DNA of 51,686 bases from Paraspadella gotoi. Taxonomy: Eukaryota > Animalia > Chaetognatha. Positions 11,801 through 26,171 of the stretch are shown in pieces (position 1 is the stretch's first letter; each line of letters begins with the position of its first letter). The DNA is taken from positions 27,845,435 through 27,897,120 of the forward strand of contig CM119265.1 in NCBI GenBank assembly GCA_051294375.1. Reading direction: 5' to 3'. The position numbers and the translations under genes were made by a program. The notes beneath the pieces are model-generated. The model had not been told where the DNA came from, ran no database searches, and saw nothing but the letters and a program-made list of their open reading frames with translations.

Positions 11801-13942
11801 AATATTAGAAAGGTTGGAAAATTAAATAGATGATAGCAGCTAGTTAATGAGATGGAAAGAGAAGTGAAGGAAGAAGGAAGAAAAATATGATTATCTATGC
11901 AGAAAGTCTAAAAAATATAGAAGTAGAGCATCATGGAAGTGAGTATGATTAATCAAAATAGCAAAAAAGGTGAGGGAAGTTATTAATGGAATTTGAAGAA
12001 ATATGGAAAAAAAGTTAATGGAGATGTTGAATGAGAATTGCGATAGATATATATAGTTAGCACCTGAGATAGTATGAAGAACGAAAGGATAATAGCGAAG
12101 AATAAAAAGAAGTAGTACAAGAAATTGCGGTAATAAGGGAAGAAGAGAAGAAAGAAGAGAAGAATAAAAAAGAGATAAGGATAGGTTGCGAATTTAGCAG
12201 TAAAGGAATAGAAAAGATGATTGATTGGAAAATTAACAAAGAGAAAGAGGAAAAAAAATGGAGGACAAGCAGATTAAAGAGCATAAAAGAAAAAAAGTAA
12301 GGAAAGAAAGAAAAAGCGGAATAAGGGCGGGAGAAAGAAGGCGGAAAAAGATCTAAAACACAAGTATAAAAATTAAAAATAGTAAAAAGAATCATATTAA
12401 AATAGAAGGCAAGGGAAGAGGATAGAAATATAAGAAGATTTAAGACGGGAATGGATATGCATTAAGGGAAATAGAGAAGAAGTATTAAACAGGGAAAAGA
12501 GAAGTAAGGAAGAAGAGTAACATTAAGATGTATAGAAGAGGACAAAAAGGATTCGAAGGGGCATTAAAGAGAAAATGATGGAAAAAGATAAAATTAATAA
12601 AGAAAGAATGGAAGAGAATAGAGATAAGAAGCAGGGAAGAGAAGAAAATTTAAGTAGAAGAAGAAGCTTAATAGAGAGGAGAGGAAGATTAAATATAAGA
12701 GAAGAATACCGTTAAGGTTTAGATTTAAAATATTAATGAGGAACATTTATTAATGTAAAGTTGAAATGAAATTTTAGAGAAATGATAGATAATGAGAAGA
12801 GGTAGATAATTTAATTATAATGAAATATTAGTAAAAACATTGAATATTGAAATATAAGTTGAGAAGAGAGAAATAAAGGATAATGGGCAAATGGTGTGGG
12901 GTGATCTTAGCGGCATGTTAGGCATATCGTTAATATTAGTTGAAAAATAAAATAAAAAAAAGAGGAGAATTGTCATTTAAAAATAGTAAGGAGGAAAGAA
13001 TTTGTATTTTGGGTTTAAAAGGAATGAAAGATTGACATTGGTATTTAGATAATAAAAAATAAAAGGCTAAAATGTAAAGGAAGATGGTAAAATATAGTGA
13101 GAACGAAGAGATGGGTAAAGAGTTAGAGTTTGAAATCGCGGTAAAAACTTAAAAAAGAACTGTAATATAAATGAATGCAAGAATGTAGTTATTAAAGATA
13201 ATTAGCAAAATAATTAAAGTTACGTTGATCGTAAAAGATGATGATTTAGAAGAAGAGGAACAAGATTAGACAATAGATTGAACAATTAGCAGTGTTGAAG
13301 ATATTGGACATCATTATTCAAGCGTCTATGTTTGTTATAGAAAATGAAAAAAATTTAATGTGTTTAATTAAAAATTGGTTTTGTTTAGCAGATGAAAAAT
13401 GTTTAACGAGGTAAGTAAGAGGGAGTCGGAAAAAAATGTATTGTTGCAAAGGAAAGTGAATGACTGATTGATGATTAAAAAGAATCGTCATAAGACTAAT
13501 GAAGAATGATGTCTGAAGCGTTGACAGAGTAGAATGATGGGAATACTATTGGAAATGATTGATTTGTAATAATCTGGATGATTTGGAAAAGAAAAATAAG
13601 GTTTCGAGAAGTGTTAAGAATGAAAATATACGAGATATTAGGAGAAGGAAAATGGAAATTGCGACGAAAGTAATTGGTCTTCGAATGTAATTGCAATGAA
13701 AGAAGGTGTGAAAAAAGGTAATAGATAAGAAGAGTAAGTTTAAGATTGCAAAATAGAAGCTTGAGGAAGCAGAAAGAGAGTGAGATTGAAAGAAAATGGA
13801 ATCAATAAAAGAGTTGTAGTAAATAATTGATAAAGGAAGATGGAAGAGTATTGTGTAAGAAAAGTGATGAAAATTTGAGTAGTGCAAACCCGAGAATGCA
13901 AAGATTTGAAATTGCCATTAAAGGAAAATTAAAATTGTATAA
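8822..13942. other. C-depleted segment, systematic C-to-A miscalling
   Basis: Where the expected sequence is known from the other arm, TCTACGTCAGCTGG reads TATAAGTAAGATGG and TCCCACCACTGGCACCACATTG reads TAAAAAAATGAAAAAAATTG. The segment ends at a 25-N gap. Confidence 0.88.
9874..13942 (+). mobile_element. possible corrupted 5' half of an LTR retrotransposon (gag-protease-RT start)
   Basis: Protease-like NGQMVWG.DLSG...ISLI at ~12880-12935. RT-start-like LEEAERE.EIE and VLCKKSD at ~13760-13870, at plausible spacing. The sequence is heavily corrupted. Confidence 0.3.
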
Positions 13943-14007
13943 NNNNNNNNNNNNNNNNNNNNNNNNNGTCGGGGTCAGAGATACCGAGACGAAGCGTCTT
14001 AACTCGC

Positions 14008-14142
14008 GAAGAAGAAAAGAGAAGAGAGGAGAAGAGAAGAGAAGAAAAGAGAAGTGAAGAGAGGAGAGGATAGAGGAGAAGATAAGAGATGAGAAGAGAA
14101 GAGAAAAGAAGAGAAGAGAAGAGAAGAGAAGAGAAGAGAAGA
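14008..14142. repeat. (GAAGA)n simple repeat
   Basis: Directly visible. Confidence 0.9.
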
Positions 14143-14894
14143 AAACATCCGTATATAAATAATGTATGATATGCTATATAATCATTTAATTATAATCATT
14201 AAAAAAAACAATCAAACATTTTTGTAATAACTATCGCCAAATTTAAAAGGTATAAAAAATATCAGATAACACTACTGACCGACCATAAAGTGTCTGAATG
14301 AGTCTCGAGATGCTTTGATTAAAAGAGGCTATCATGAAGTCAGTGGATAAAGACTAAAAGGGGAGAAGGAGGCTTATGCGTTCAAGTCGCGCATAAAAGG
14401 AGAATTAACTTATGAGGCCCGTGTCGAGCATTTAATGAATAACCCTTGGTCATGATTTAACAAAAGCTTGTTGGGAATACTAAAGCATGGAATTTATAGG
14501 GGCGAGCTGAGCGCACTATGAGCAAATGCGGTCGGCGTCTCGTGGAAAAAAAAAGGTTTTTGGAATGAGGTTAAATGTGTATGGGAATCTCGTTTGCGAT
14601 TTATGTGATGATTATCACTATGAATATCTCACTATTATAACATCTGAGTCAAAACTCAAGCTTAAAATAAACATTCCTTAATTCCGACCGTTACAAGCAT
14701 TGTTATGGAGACAAATTGTTCTTAAGCATTTAAAGTAATGAACCCCTGTGTCGAGCATTTCTAACATGGTTGTGAAGGGGGCCCGGTCTCGAGCATAACA
14801 GTCAAGGAAATGAAACGGCGAAGGTTTTTAGCATCGAGTTCTCCACTAATCGGGGAATAATAACAGTAAATCATCGAAAGCGAAGCGGTTCTCT

Positions 14895-16718
<1,824 letters not shown>

Positions 16719-17415
16719 TTTTCTCATGATCCATTAGCCTTTTGTTCTGTTATTTCACCTGTTGGGTTGGGACGGGTGGCGCCTCAGGTGATCCTTCAAG
16801 GAGGCCGATCCTCGATCCACGATCTACATGAAGGAGAAAAAAAAATGAGATAAACAAAAGAACAAGACGCTGGCGAGTTTGTCGTATCGACCGTCAAGAC
16901 CACGAATGATTTATTTAAATATGCATGTTGTAGAATAAAATTAATACTTGTAAATATTTGTGTCATTTTTTTAATTTTTACCATGAAACGACAATTTCAT
17001 TATCAAATGATAATGAAATTAGCACAACCAATACAAAAATCTTCCATTCATTTAATAAATAAGTTATCTAGTGCCAGACTTTGAACAAGATTATGATTGG
17101 TGAAGGACCTTAAGGCTTCCATCCTTTTTACAAAATGACATCATAGCAACATTAGCTCAGAGATCATGTTTATATTATAATATTATATATGCGATTTTAT
17201 GTTTTTATGTTTATGTTTTTATGTTTAGGATAATGTTTATATTAAAAGGATTTATATAACAAAGTTAAATATCGATTATTTTACATTTTTTTATTTATTT
17301 TTTCCTTTTACTTTCTTTTTCTCGCTTGTCTTGTCTTCCTTCTTTCTCACTATCGAATAATCTATTGATTAATCAATATTTATTGTTGTTCAGAAAATCA
17401 TATAAGAAGTTTAAT

Positions 17416-17603
17416 ATCGTCGTCGTCTTCATCGTCGTCGTCTTCATCGTCGTCTTCATCGTCGTTATCGTCATCGTCGTCCTTGTCAGCGGATGCTGTA
17501 TTTTCGTTTTTTTACTAGTTTTTAATATAAGTATGTTAACAACGATTTTTTTTGTTTACTAGTTTTAAAATTCTTGGTCGTCATTTTATTTTCATCATGA
17601 TTA

Positions 17604-17661
<58 letters not shown>

Positions 17662-17735
17662 TTCACTTCCGGTTTAAGACACCAGATCACGTGACCAGAA
17701 TCACAGGTGTGAGGACGGGACGATCATCTTCGTCT

Positions 17736-17769
<34 letters not shown>

Positions 17770-17828
17770 CTTAATCATCTTTATGTTCTCTTCGGTCAAA
17801 TTGGAAAGACTTGCGGTCGTTGAACCGC

Positions 17829-17882
<54 letters not shown>

Positions 17883-18082
17883 TTTTTACAGTTGTCGTCA
17901 TCGTCAGAATTAGGATTGGTATCGTTGTCACCATCTTGGTGTTCGTTATCATGAAGTATTTATCATCAGAGTCATCATCGTCATCACTGTCGTCTTTGTC
18001 GTTGTCGTCGTCATCATTGTCGTCATCGTCATCGTCGTCGTCATCATCGTCATCATTGTCGTCATCGTCATCGTCATCACCG
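17416..18082. repeat. (GTC)n/(CAT)n/(GTT)n trinucleotide cluster
   Basis: (CAT)n at 17604-17660, (GTT)n at 17737-17767, (GTC)n at 17830-17881, mixed GTC/ATC at 17960-18080. Confidence 0.92.
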
Positions 18083-18909
18083 TCTTCTTTGTTTCCCGCA
18101 ATCGATTAGAAACGCCTTCTTCCTCGTCACGTGATTCTCACAGTTTCACAGTTTGTCGCGTCGGTGACTCGACTGCTCCGTCTTGGTGAAGTCGCCTTTC
18201 CTTTGCCTCCCGGAAGCGCTTGGTCGCTTTGTCGCTTCCGGCTTTCTCTTTGACTTCCCCTTTCTTTTCTTTCTTCCCTTTTCTCTCTTTCTTCCCTTTC
18301 CTCCATTTCCTCTCTTTCCTCCCTTTCCTCCCTTTCATTCATTTGCTTTCCGCTTTCCTCACTTTTCTCTCTTTCCTCCCTTTCCTCCCTTTCTTTCATT
18401 TGCCTTCCCCTTTCCTCCCTTTTTTTCTTTCCTACCTTTCCTACCTTTTCTCTCTTTCCTACCTTTCTTCCCTTTCCTCCATTTCCTCCATTTCCTCCAT
18501 TTCCTCCATTCCCTCCCTTTCCTCCCTTTTCTCCCTTTTGAATCCATAGTAAGGAGGACAGCATAAAATTTCATACACCCTCGGTACCCAGCTTTAACGA
18601 CTATGCCTCCCCTCCCTCCCTCTCTCCCTCCCACACCTCCCTCTCACCTCGTCCTCCGCCCCCGTCACTTCCCACGTCACGTTCTCGTGCGCCCGAATGG
18701 CCGCCTCCTCTTCCTCTTCCTCCCTCCTCCTCCCCGTCGTCGTCGTCGTCGTCGTTGTCGTCTTCCCGGGGACGACGACGACGACGACGTCGCAGGTGAC
18801 GTTGACGACGGTGGCGCCGACGACGAGAGTTTCCACCGGCGGCGCCGCGTCGTTGAGAAGCGGCGTCGATTGACGCCGACCGTTGACGGCGCCGCGTCGG
18901 AGGCGTCCA

Positions 18910-19570
18910 TCCTTAATATCTCGTTCTCTAACCTTATATGCGACCATTCCATAAAACTGTGGGGGACCGGACGCGGAACCGACCGACCGACACAGGGACA
19001 GGAACAGAACAGACAGACAGACAGACAGAACTAGACAGACAGACAGACAGACAGAGCAGCAGCAGACGAGAACGAACGCAGACCGACGCGCCAGCGACCG
19101 ACCGACCCGACCGACCGACGCGGAGCCGACCGAACGATCCGGACCGAACGACCGGACGACCGACGCGACGCGCGCCGAGCGCGGAGCCGACCAAGCAGAC
19201 GACAGACGCGACCGGACCGGACCAACAGACCGACAGACCGACGAAACACGACTGCCGAAGCAGACCAGACGATGACCGACCGACCGATCCAGACCACAGA
19301 CTCGAAACGCGTCGATTATTAAGAAAACCCGTTCTCTTCATAATGCCGAACCCAAAGCAGGGAAATGACTCCTCGTAATTATGAGAGAGAAGAGAGATGA
19401 GAGAGTAGAGAGAGAGAGAGAGAGAGAGAGAACAGTAGAAAAAATCGGGGGGGTAAAAAGAGGAAGAGAAAAAACGAGGGAAAAAGTCATAAAATCGGCG
19501 AAGGGAAAATATTAAGTAAAAAGAAAAAAAAAAGGAGGAAGAGAAAAAAAACTTAGATTCGCGGTTACGC
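18910..19570 (+). repeat. (GACC/GACA)n-containing block present three times in the window
   Basis: Anchors CATTCCATAAAACTG, CGCGTCGATTATTAAG and GGGAAATGACTC recur at 41200-41750 and, A-to-C converted, at 22815-23330. Confidence 0.88.
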
Positions 19571-20094
19571 GTTGTAAACTATTATGGGGGGGGGAGAGAG
19601 GAAGGAGGAAGGGCAGAATATGGGAGGAAAGGGTTAAAAGGAAATAAGGAGGAGGGGAAAGAGAGGAGAGGAGGAAAGGAAAGAAATAAGGAAAAAGAAA
19701 GGAAGACAAAAAAAAAGGAATGGGAAAAGAAATATTTTAAAAGAAAGCGGAAAATAAGTAATATTGTATTATGAAAAATGGAAGGTTAAAAAATAAGGAA
19801 AAAGAAAGGAGAAAGAAAGGAGAAAGAAAGGAAAAAGAAAAATAAAAGAAAGCAAAAAAAGTAGAAAAGGAAAGGAAAAGGAATAAAATAAAAAGGAAAA
19901 TGGATCTCACTTGTACAAAGTAAGAGGCAAAAAAAAGGGAAAAAGCTGTTTAGAAAGGGGCAGAACTAAAAGAGCGAGAGGGAAATTAGTTTGCATATTT
20001 TGCGACTTTTTTTTTAGTTCGGAGTAAAAAAACTGTGACTTATTCAAAGTTTAGAAATGTCGCTCAATTGACACATTTCCGCGTCCGGACGTGA

Positions 20095-20450
20095 AAGTGG
20101 AGAAATCATTTTTGTGGAGGCAATTTCCATTCGTGCAAAGTAGTTTTCATTTGTGGTGGAGATATTTCCATGTGTGGATGGAATAAATCGCATTTCTTTT
20201 GAGGAATTATCATTCGTGCAAAGTAGTTTTCAATTTGTGTGGGAGAATTACCCGAATTTGTTGGAGAAAAATCCATTTCTTGTGTTGAGGAATTTCCATT
20301 CGTGCAAAAGTAGTTTTTTCATTTGTGTGGAGATATTATCCATTTTGTGGAAGAAATCCATTCTTGTCGAGGAATTTTTATTTGTGCAAACCAATTTTCA
20401 TTTGTGTGTAGGAGAAATCATATTTCTTGCAGTGGAATTTTCATTTGTGA
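20095..20450. repeat. ~84-bp tandem repeat built from ~21-bp subunits
   Basis: CATTCGTGCAAAG recurs at about 20128, 20211 and 20297, with a degenerate copy at 20379; subunits resemble GTGGAGAAATTTCCATTT. Confidence 0.8.
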
Positions 20451-20619
20451 CTTTAAATTTTCATAAAGTAGTAGTAGACCGTCAAGGGGGAAAATATGTA
20501 AGGTAGAATAAAGAAACCACACGTAAAACCTAAAAATTGACAGATATGAATGAATGAATGAATTAATTAATTGTAATAATAAACTTTATTAATAAACTTT
20601 TGCTAAATTCAAAATTGCT

Positions 20620-22036
20620 ATTTTCCTCGTCATCTCAACTCTTCCTAATCTCCTTCGCCCTCTTCCGCTCCACCCTCCCTTTTCCCGCTCCCCTCATTCC
20701 TCTATCCCTACTTCGCCACTCCCTTTTCCTCTCTCCCTTCCCCTCTTCCCCTACCATCCTTTCCCCTCCCCTCTCGCTTAGAGTCCGCTTCCCTCCCCTA
20801 TTCGCTCTCTTGCATGCCCTCTCCCGCCTGCCTCTTATCCCGCTCGCGCTTTCGACTCCACCTACATCTTACCCCTCCCCGTCCCTTTCTCCGTCCTTCT
20901 TCCTCCCCTCTTACCCATCTCCTTCCCCTGCCCCTCATCCTCTAATCCCTCTTCCCCCTCCCCTTTTCCGTCCTCTTTCCTTCCCCTCTTCCCTCGCCTC
21001 CTTTCCCCTCCTCTAATCGCTCAATATCTCCCTCATTTCCTCTTTCCTCCCCTCTCCCCTCCCTCCTTCGCCTTTCTTTCTCCCCTTCCCCTGCATCTCC
21101 CTAAATCCTTTCCCCTCCCTCTCATCCTCTATCCTCTTTACCCTCTCCTTCCTCTCCACTCCTTCCTACCTCCTCTTCCCTCCCCTTCCTCCCTTTCCCT
21201 CTCTCTTCCCTCTTCCCCCCCCTCCTTTCCATCCCTCATCCTCTATCCCTTCCCCGCCCTTTTCCTCTCCTCCGGTTCTCTTCCGCTAGCGCGTCTCCTT
21301 CGCCGCTCCGCCTGCAATCCTCTAATCCCTGCTTCCGCCTCCCCTTTTCCTCTCTTCCTTCCCTCTATCCCCTCCCTCCTTTCCGCCTCCCGCTCAATCC
21401 ATGCTATGCCCTCATTCCCTGCCCCATTTTTCGCTCTCTTCCCTTCACCTCTTCCCGCGTCGCGCTCCTTTCCGCCCTCCCCCTCATGCCTCAATCATCT
21501 TACCCCTCCCCTTTTCCTGCTCTCTTTCCTTCCCCTCATCCCCTCCCCTCCTTTCCCTCCCTCTTTTCTTCCTCCCTTCCTCTATTCCACCTAAATCCTT
21601 TCGCCCTCCGCCTCATCCTCATCTCCCTCTATCGCCTCCCCTTTTCCCTCTCTCCATCCCACTCTTCGCCGGCCGCCGTCCTGTTCCGCCTGCCCCTCAT
21701 CCTCTAATCCTCTTTCCCGCTCGCCCTTTTTCCTTCTCTTCCTTCGCTCATCTTCACCCTCCGCTTGCTTTCCCTCCCTCATCCTCTGCTCGCGCTCTTC
21801 CCCCTCGGCCTTTTCTTCTCGTAGCCTTCCCCTCTTCCCCTCCCGTTCTTTCCCCTCACCGGTCGTCCTCTATCGTCGCTCTTTCCCTCCCTTTTCCTCT
21901 GCTCCGCTTCCGCCTCTTCCCCTCCCGCCTTTCCCTCCCGCTGCATCCTCTCTCCTCTTCCCCTCCCCTCTTCCTCTCTCCCTATTCCGCCTCCCTCGAT
22001 CCTCTCTCCCTTCCCCTCGCATGCCCCACAGCTCTC
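20620..22036. repeat. C/T-rich low-complexity minisatellite (CCCCT/CATCCTCTATCCCT motifs); cleaner copy at 24370-24860
   Basis: The unique leader 20460-20630 is repeated at 24210-24385 and is followed by the same CT-rich array. Confidence 0.88.
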
Positions 22037-22061
22037 NNNNNNNNNNNNNNNNNNNNNNNNN

Positions 22062-23710
22062 GTTGCCGCCCCCCCTTGTTCCCCGCTCGTTTCTCCTGGC
22101 TCTGCCGCCTCTCTTCTCCTTGGTCCGTTTCTCTGCTGCTTCCTCCCCTCCGCCGTCCTCGGTCGCTTTCCTCCGAGTCGCTGGTCCTCCCTTCCCTTCG
22201 TGGTTCTGCTTCCTTCTGCGCTGGCCCCCGCCGCTGCCGCTGCTTGCTTTGGCCCCGCCCCTTGGCCCCGCCCGTCTTTGCCCCCCCACCTGTCCCGCCC
22301 ACCCTCGTGCCCCTCTTGTGCCCGCTCCCTTCCCCGTCGCGGCTCCCGCCCGCGTCTGTCGCCCCCTTCCTCCCGCCCCCACCTGGCGGCCCCGGTGCGC
22401 TTCTTCCGCCCTCTTGCGCTGGCCGCCCTCTGCGCCTCTCTGCTTGTGCCCTTTGCCCGCCCCTCTTGTGCCTTCCCGCCGCTCCCTGCCCCCCACCTCT
22501 TTTCTGGTGCGCCCTCCCTCGTGTCGCCGTCCGTGCCCCCCCTCGGCCCCGTTGAGTCCGCTCCCGGCCCCGCTCTCCCGCTGCGCTCTTTTTTTTCTTC
22601 TCTTCTTCTCTTTCTTTCCTTCTTTTCCTTCTTCTTCTCTCTCTCTCTTCGCTCTTCTCTTTTCTTTTTGCTTTCTGCTCTTCCCTTCTTGTTTTTCTAT
22701 TTCTTCTCTTCTTTTTTCTCTCTTTTCTTTTCATTATTTCTTGTCTTCTCACTCTTCTCTCTTCTTCGTTCTTCTATTCTCTTTTCTTTCTTTCTCTTCA
22801 TCTTCCCCCTCCTTCCTACTCTCGTTCGTCTCCTTTCCTCGCCCTTCCTCCCCCCGCGGGCCGGCCCGCACCGCCCGCCCGCCCGCCCGCCCCCCGCCCG
22901 CCCGGCCCGCCCGCCCGCCGCCCGCCCGCCGCCCGCGCCGCCGCCCCCCCGCCCGCCCCGCCGCCCGCCCCCGCCCGCCCCCCCGCCCGCCCGCGTCGCT
23001 TCTTTCCGGCCCCCCGTCTCTTCCTCCCTCCCGCCCCCCCCCGGGCCCTGCCCTCTCGTCCTTCTGAGCCGCGCCGCGCCTCGCGCGCTCGGCGCGGCGC
23101 GCGCGCGCGCGCGCCGCCGCGCGACCCGCGGCGTGCGCGCGCGCAGCGCGCGGCGCGCGCGCCGCGCGCGCGCCCGTCCCCCACCTCGCTTCGGCCGGGG
23201 TCCCCCCGCGGCCGCCGCGGGCCCCCGTCCTCCCCTCGGCCGCCGGGCCCCTCTATCCGTCCACCACGCCCCCCCCCGCGCGCCCGCGCCCCCACCGCTT
23301 CCGCTTCGCGGTTCCGCGTTTGCCCCTTCTGGGGGGGGCGCGCAGTCCCGGCCGCGCCCGCGGCGGCTCTGCGGCGCCCAGGGTTCCCCGGCCCTCAGGG
23401 GCGGGCGCGCGGACGGCGCCCCGACCCGCTCCGCCCCAGGCCGGCCGGCCCCCCCAACCGGCTGGGCCCCGCTCCGTTTCCCGACCCCGCGGCCGCCACC
23501 TCCTCGTCTTCTGCCCCCTGGTCCGGTCCCCCACGGCCCCCGCCGCGCCCGCCGGCCCCCCGCCCGCGGCCCCCCCGCCCCTCCCCCACCGCCCCCGCCT
23601 CGCCCCGCCCGGCGCCCCGGGCTACCCCTCCACGCGGAGCCCCTGGCTTCCCTTGTCCACCGTCCGCGCCCCCCGGCCCCACGCTTTCGCCCGGGAGCCG
23701 CCCTCCCCGC
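22062..23710. other. pseudo GC-rich island: A-to-C miscalled copy of nearby sequence
   Basis: TGGTTCTGCTTCCTTCTGCGCTGGCCCCCGCCGCTGCCGCTG (22201) matches the reverse complement of ~25505-25545 (TGGTTCTGATTCCATCTGCGATGGAACCGAAGATGACGATG) with nearly every A replaced by C. (GACC)n became (GCCC)n and (GA)n became (GC)n. Confidence 0.9.
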
Positions 23711-26171
23711 GCGCAGAAGAAGAAAAAGAAAAAAAAAAAGAAAAAGAACACATTCGTATCACGCCTCATAAATATATAGACAAGCAACAAATATATTAAA
23801 ATATATATATAAATAATACGGAAAAAAAAAAAAAAGTAAAAAAAAAAAACATAAATAAAAAATAAAAAAAAGAATAAGAAAACTAATATACAAGATAAAT
23901 AGAAATAAGTCGCCTCATTGACACAAATTAATCAGACGATAAATACACAGACAGAATGAAGAGATACACATAATAATACAATAATGATAAGAAGATATAA
24001 ATAACCTAATCAGTACAGTAGATACGTATATTAGATATAGTATATATACTTTGGGTGGAAATTAATCATTTGAGAGTGGAGAAAGAAAATTAATTATACT
24101 TGCAGGAAATTTTCAATATATGAGAGATAAAGCAAAACAATTATTCATTTGTGAAGATAGAGAATCCATTTCATGCAGAAGGAATTTAATCATTTGTGGC
24201 CTAAAAATTTTCATAATAAGTGTGTAGACCAGTCAAGGGCGGAAAAATATGTAAGTAGAATAAAGAAACCACACAGTAAAACCTAAAAATTGACAGATAT
24301 GAATGAATGAGATGAATTAATTAATTGTAATAATAAACTTTTAATAAACTTTTGCCTAAATTCAAATAGCTATTTTCCTCTCCTAAATTCTTCCTATCTT
24401 CCTTCCCCTCTTCCCCTCCCCTCCTTTCCCCTCCCCTCATCCTCTATCCCTCTTCCCCTCCCCTTTTCCTCTCTTTCCTTCCCTTCTTCCCCTCCCTCCT
24501 TTCCCCTCCCCTCATCCTCTATCCCTCTTCCCCTCCCCTTTCTTCTCTCCCTTCCCCTCTTCCCCTCCCTTCTTTCCCCTCACCTCGTCCTCTATCCCTC
24601 TTCCCCTCCCCTTTCTTCTCTTCCTTCCTCTCTTCCCTCCCTTCCTTTCCCCTCCCCTCATCCTCTCTTCCCTTTTCCCCTTTCCTCCCCCTTTTTCCTC
24701 TGTTCCTTCCCCTTTCCCCTCCTCCTTTCCCCTCCCCTCCTCCCTCTCTCTCTCTTCCCTCCCCTTTTTCTTCTCTCACTTCCTCTCTTCCCCAAATCCT
24801 TCTCCCTCCCCTCCTTCCTCTCTCTCCTCTTCCCCTCCCCTCATTCTCTCTCCTTTCCCTCCGCATCCCACACTCTCCACCCTAGGGCGTCCGCTCGGCC
24901 GCCGCCCCACCTCCGACGAAGGAGGGTGAAGATAAGAAAAGAAGAAAAGAGAATAGATAAGAAGAGAAGAGATAAGATGAGAAGACAAGAAATATGAAAA
25001 GAAAAGAAGATAAGAAAAAAGAAGATAAGAAAATAGAATAAACAAGAAGGGAAGAGCAGAAAGCAGAAAAGAAAAGAGAAGAGATAAGAAGAGAAGAGAT
25101 AAGAAAAGAAGGAAAAAGAATAGATAAGAAGAGAAGTGAAGATATAAAAAAATATCGCAATCGTGATATGCTTGGTCGTGATCTTACTCAACGTGGCCGA
25201 TGTTTTCACTGACCTTCACACGATGTTAGTCTTCACCAGAAAATATTTTTTTTCAGTGAGCGGCTGGCAATTCACAATAGTTCTGGCAATAGTTCACAAT
25301 CATTCGCAATAGTTCTGGCAATCGCAATAGTTCTGGCAATACATCGCACCTTTTCCGCCATTTTTGTCTGGAGGAATTTTTCTAAAGACGCTTTACTGTA
25401 TCCTCGACTTTGGAAGGGAATCTGGCACAAGATGGTCACGATTGTTTTGTGCAGTTTGGGTCTCGCAAATACGGTCGTTGGCCAATTTTCGGTGCCAAAG
25501 CATCATCGTCATCTTCGGTTCCATCGCAGATGGAATCAGAACCAAGAATGGAATCGGATCCGCGACTCGGATGAAATCTACCGAGGACTCTCTGATTGGA
25601 TGAATCATCATAGAAACGGACCAATGAGAAGAGAGGCTTCATGCCATTGAGAAACGAGCTTGTGAACAAGTTTTGTCTTCACGCTTACGGAGACGAACGA
25701 TTTCAGCTTCGTCCGTTCGAAGAGTTTAACATGAGTTCCACTGATGTTTTGAAGAAATAAATATATTCGAACTTAAATAAATATTTGAACTTTTATTTGT
25801 AAAAAATGTACATCAAAAACTCGTAAAACAGGGTTTCTAACGGACGAAACACATTTTATGAGATTTGAGTTGAAACTGCCTTTAATCATGGAAATCTTTC
25901 TAAATTTAAGGTTTCAAGTAGTGGCTAGTAAAAAATACCAAGCGATCGAAAAATTGGCCGAAAAATTGGCCAAATGACCTTAAAAAGAGTAAGAGAGAGA
26001 TGCTAGGCAAGAAATCTTTTACAGAGCCCGTGTCGATGATCCGATTGTAGAGTATAAATACTTGACCATTTTGTATTGAATCCATCTGTTTCAAATTCTT
26101 GCTTGTGACTTTTCTGAAGAATAAAATCCACTTTGGTTTCACGTTGAAAACTCTGTCCACTTACTAAAATG

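Noticed and set aside
8822-13942. Biological hypermutation or editing
   Set aside because: Abrupt onset, C-to-A direction, accompanying indel noise and the reverse A-to-C case at 22062-23710 point to base-calling error.
21401-23799. Long Pro/Arg/Ala-rich ORFs, CpG island or horizontally acquired GC-rich gene
   Set aside because: Explained by CT-rich repeats and A-to-C miscalling, which removes stop codons.
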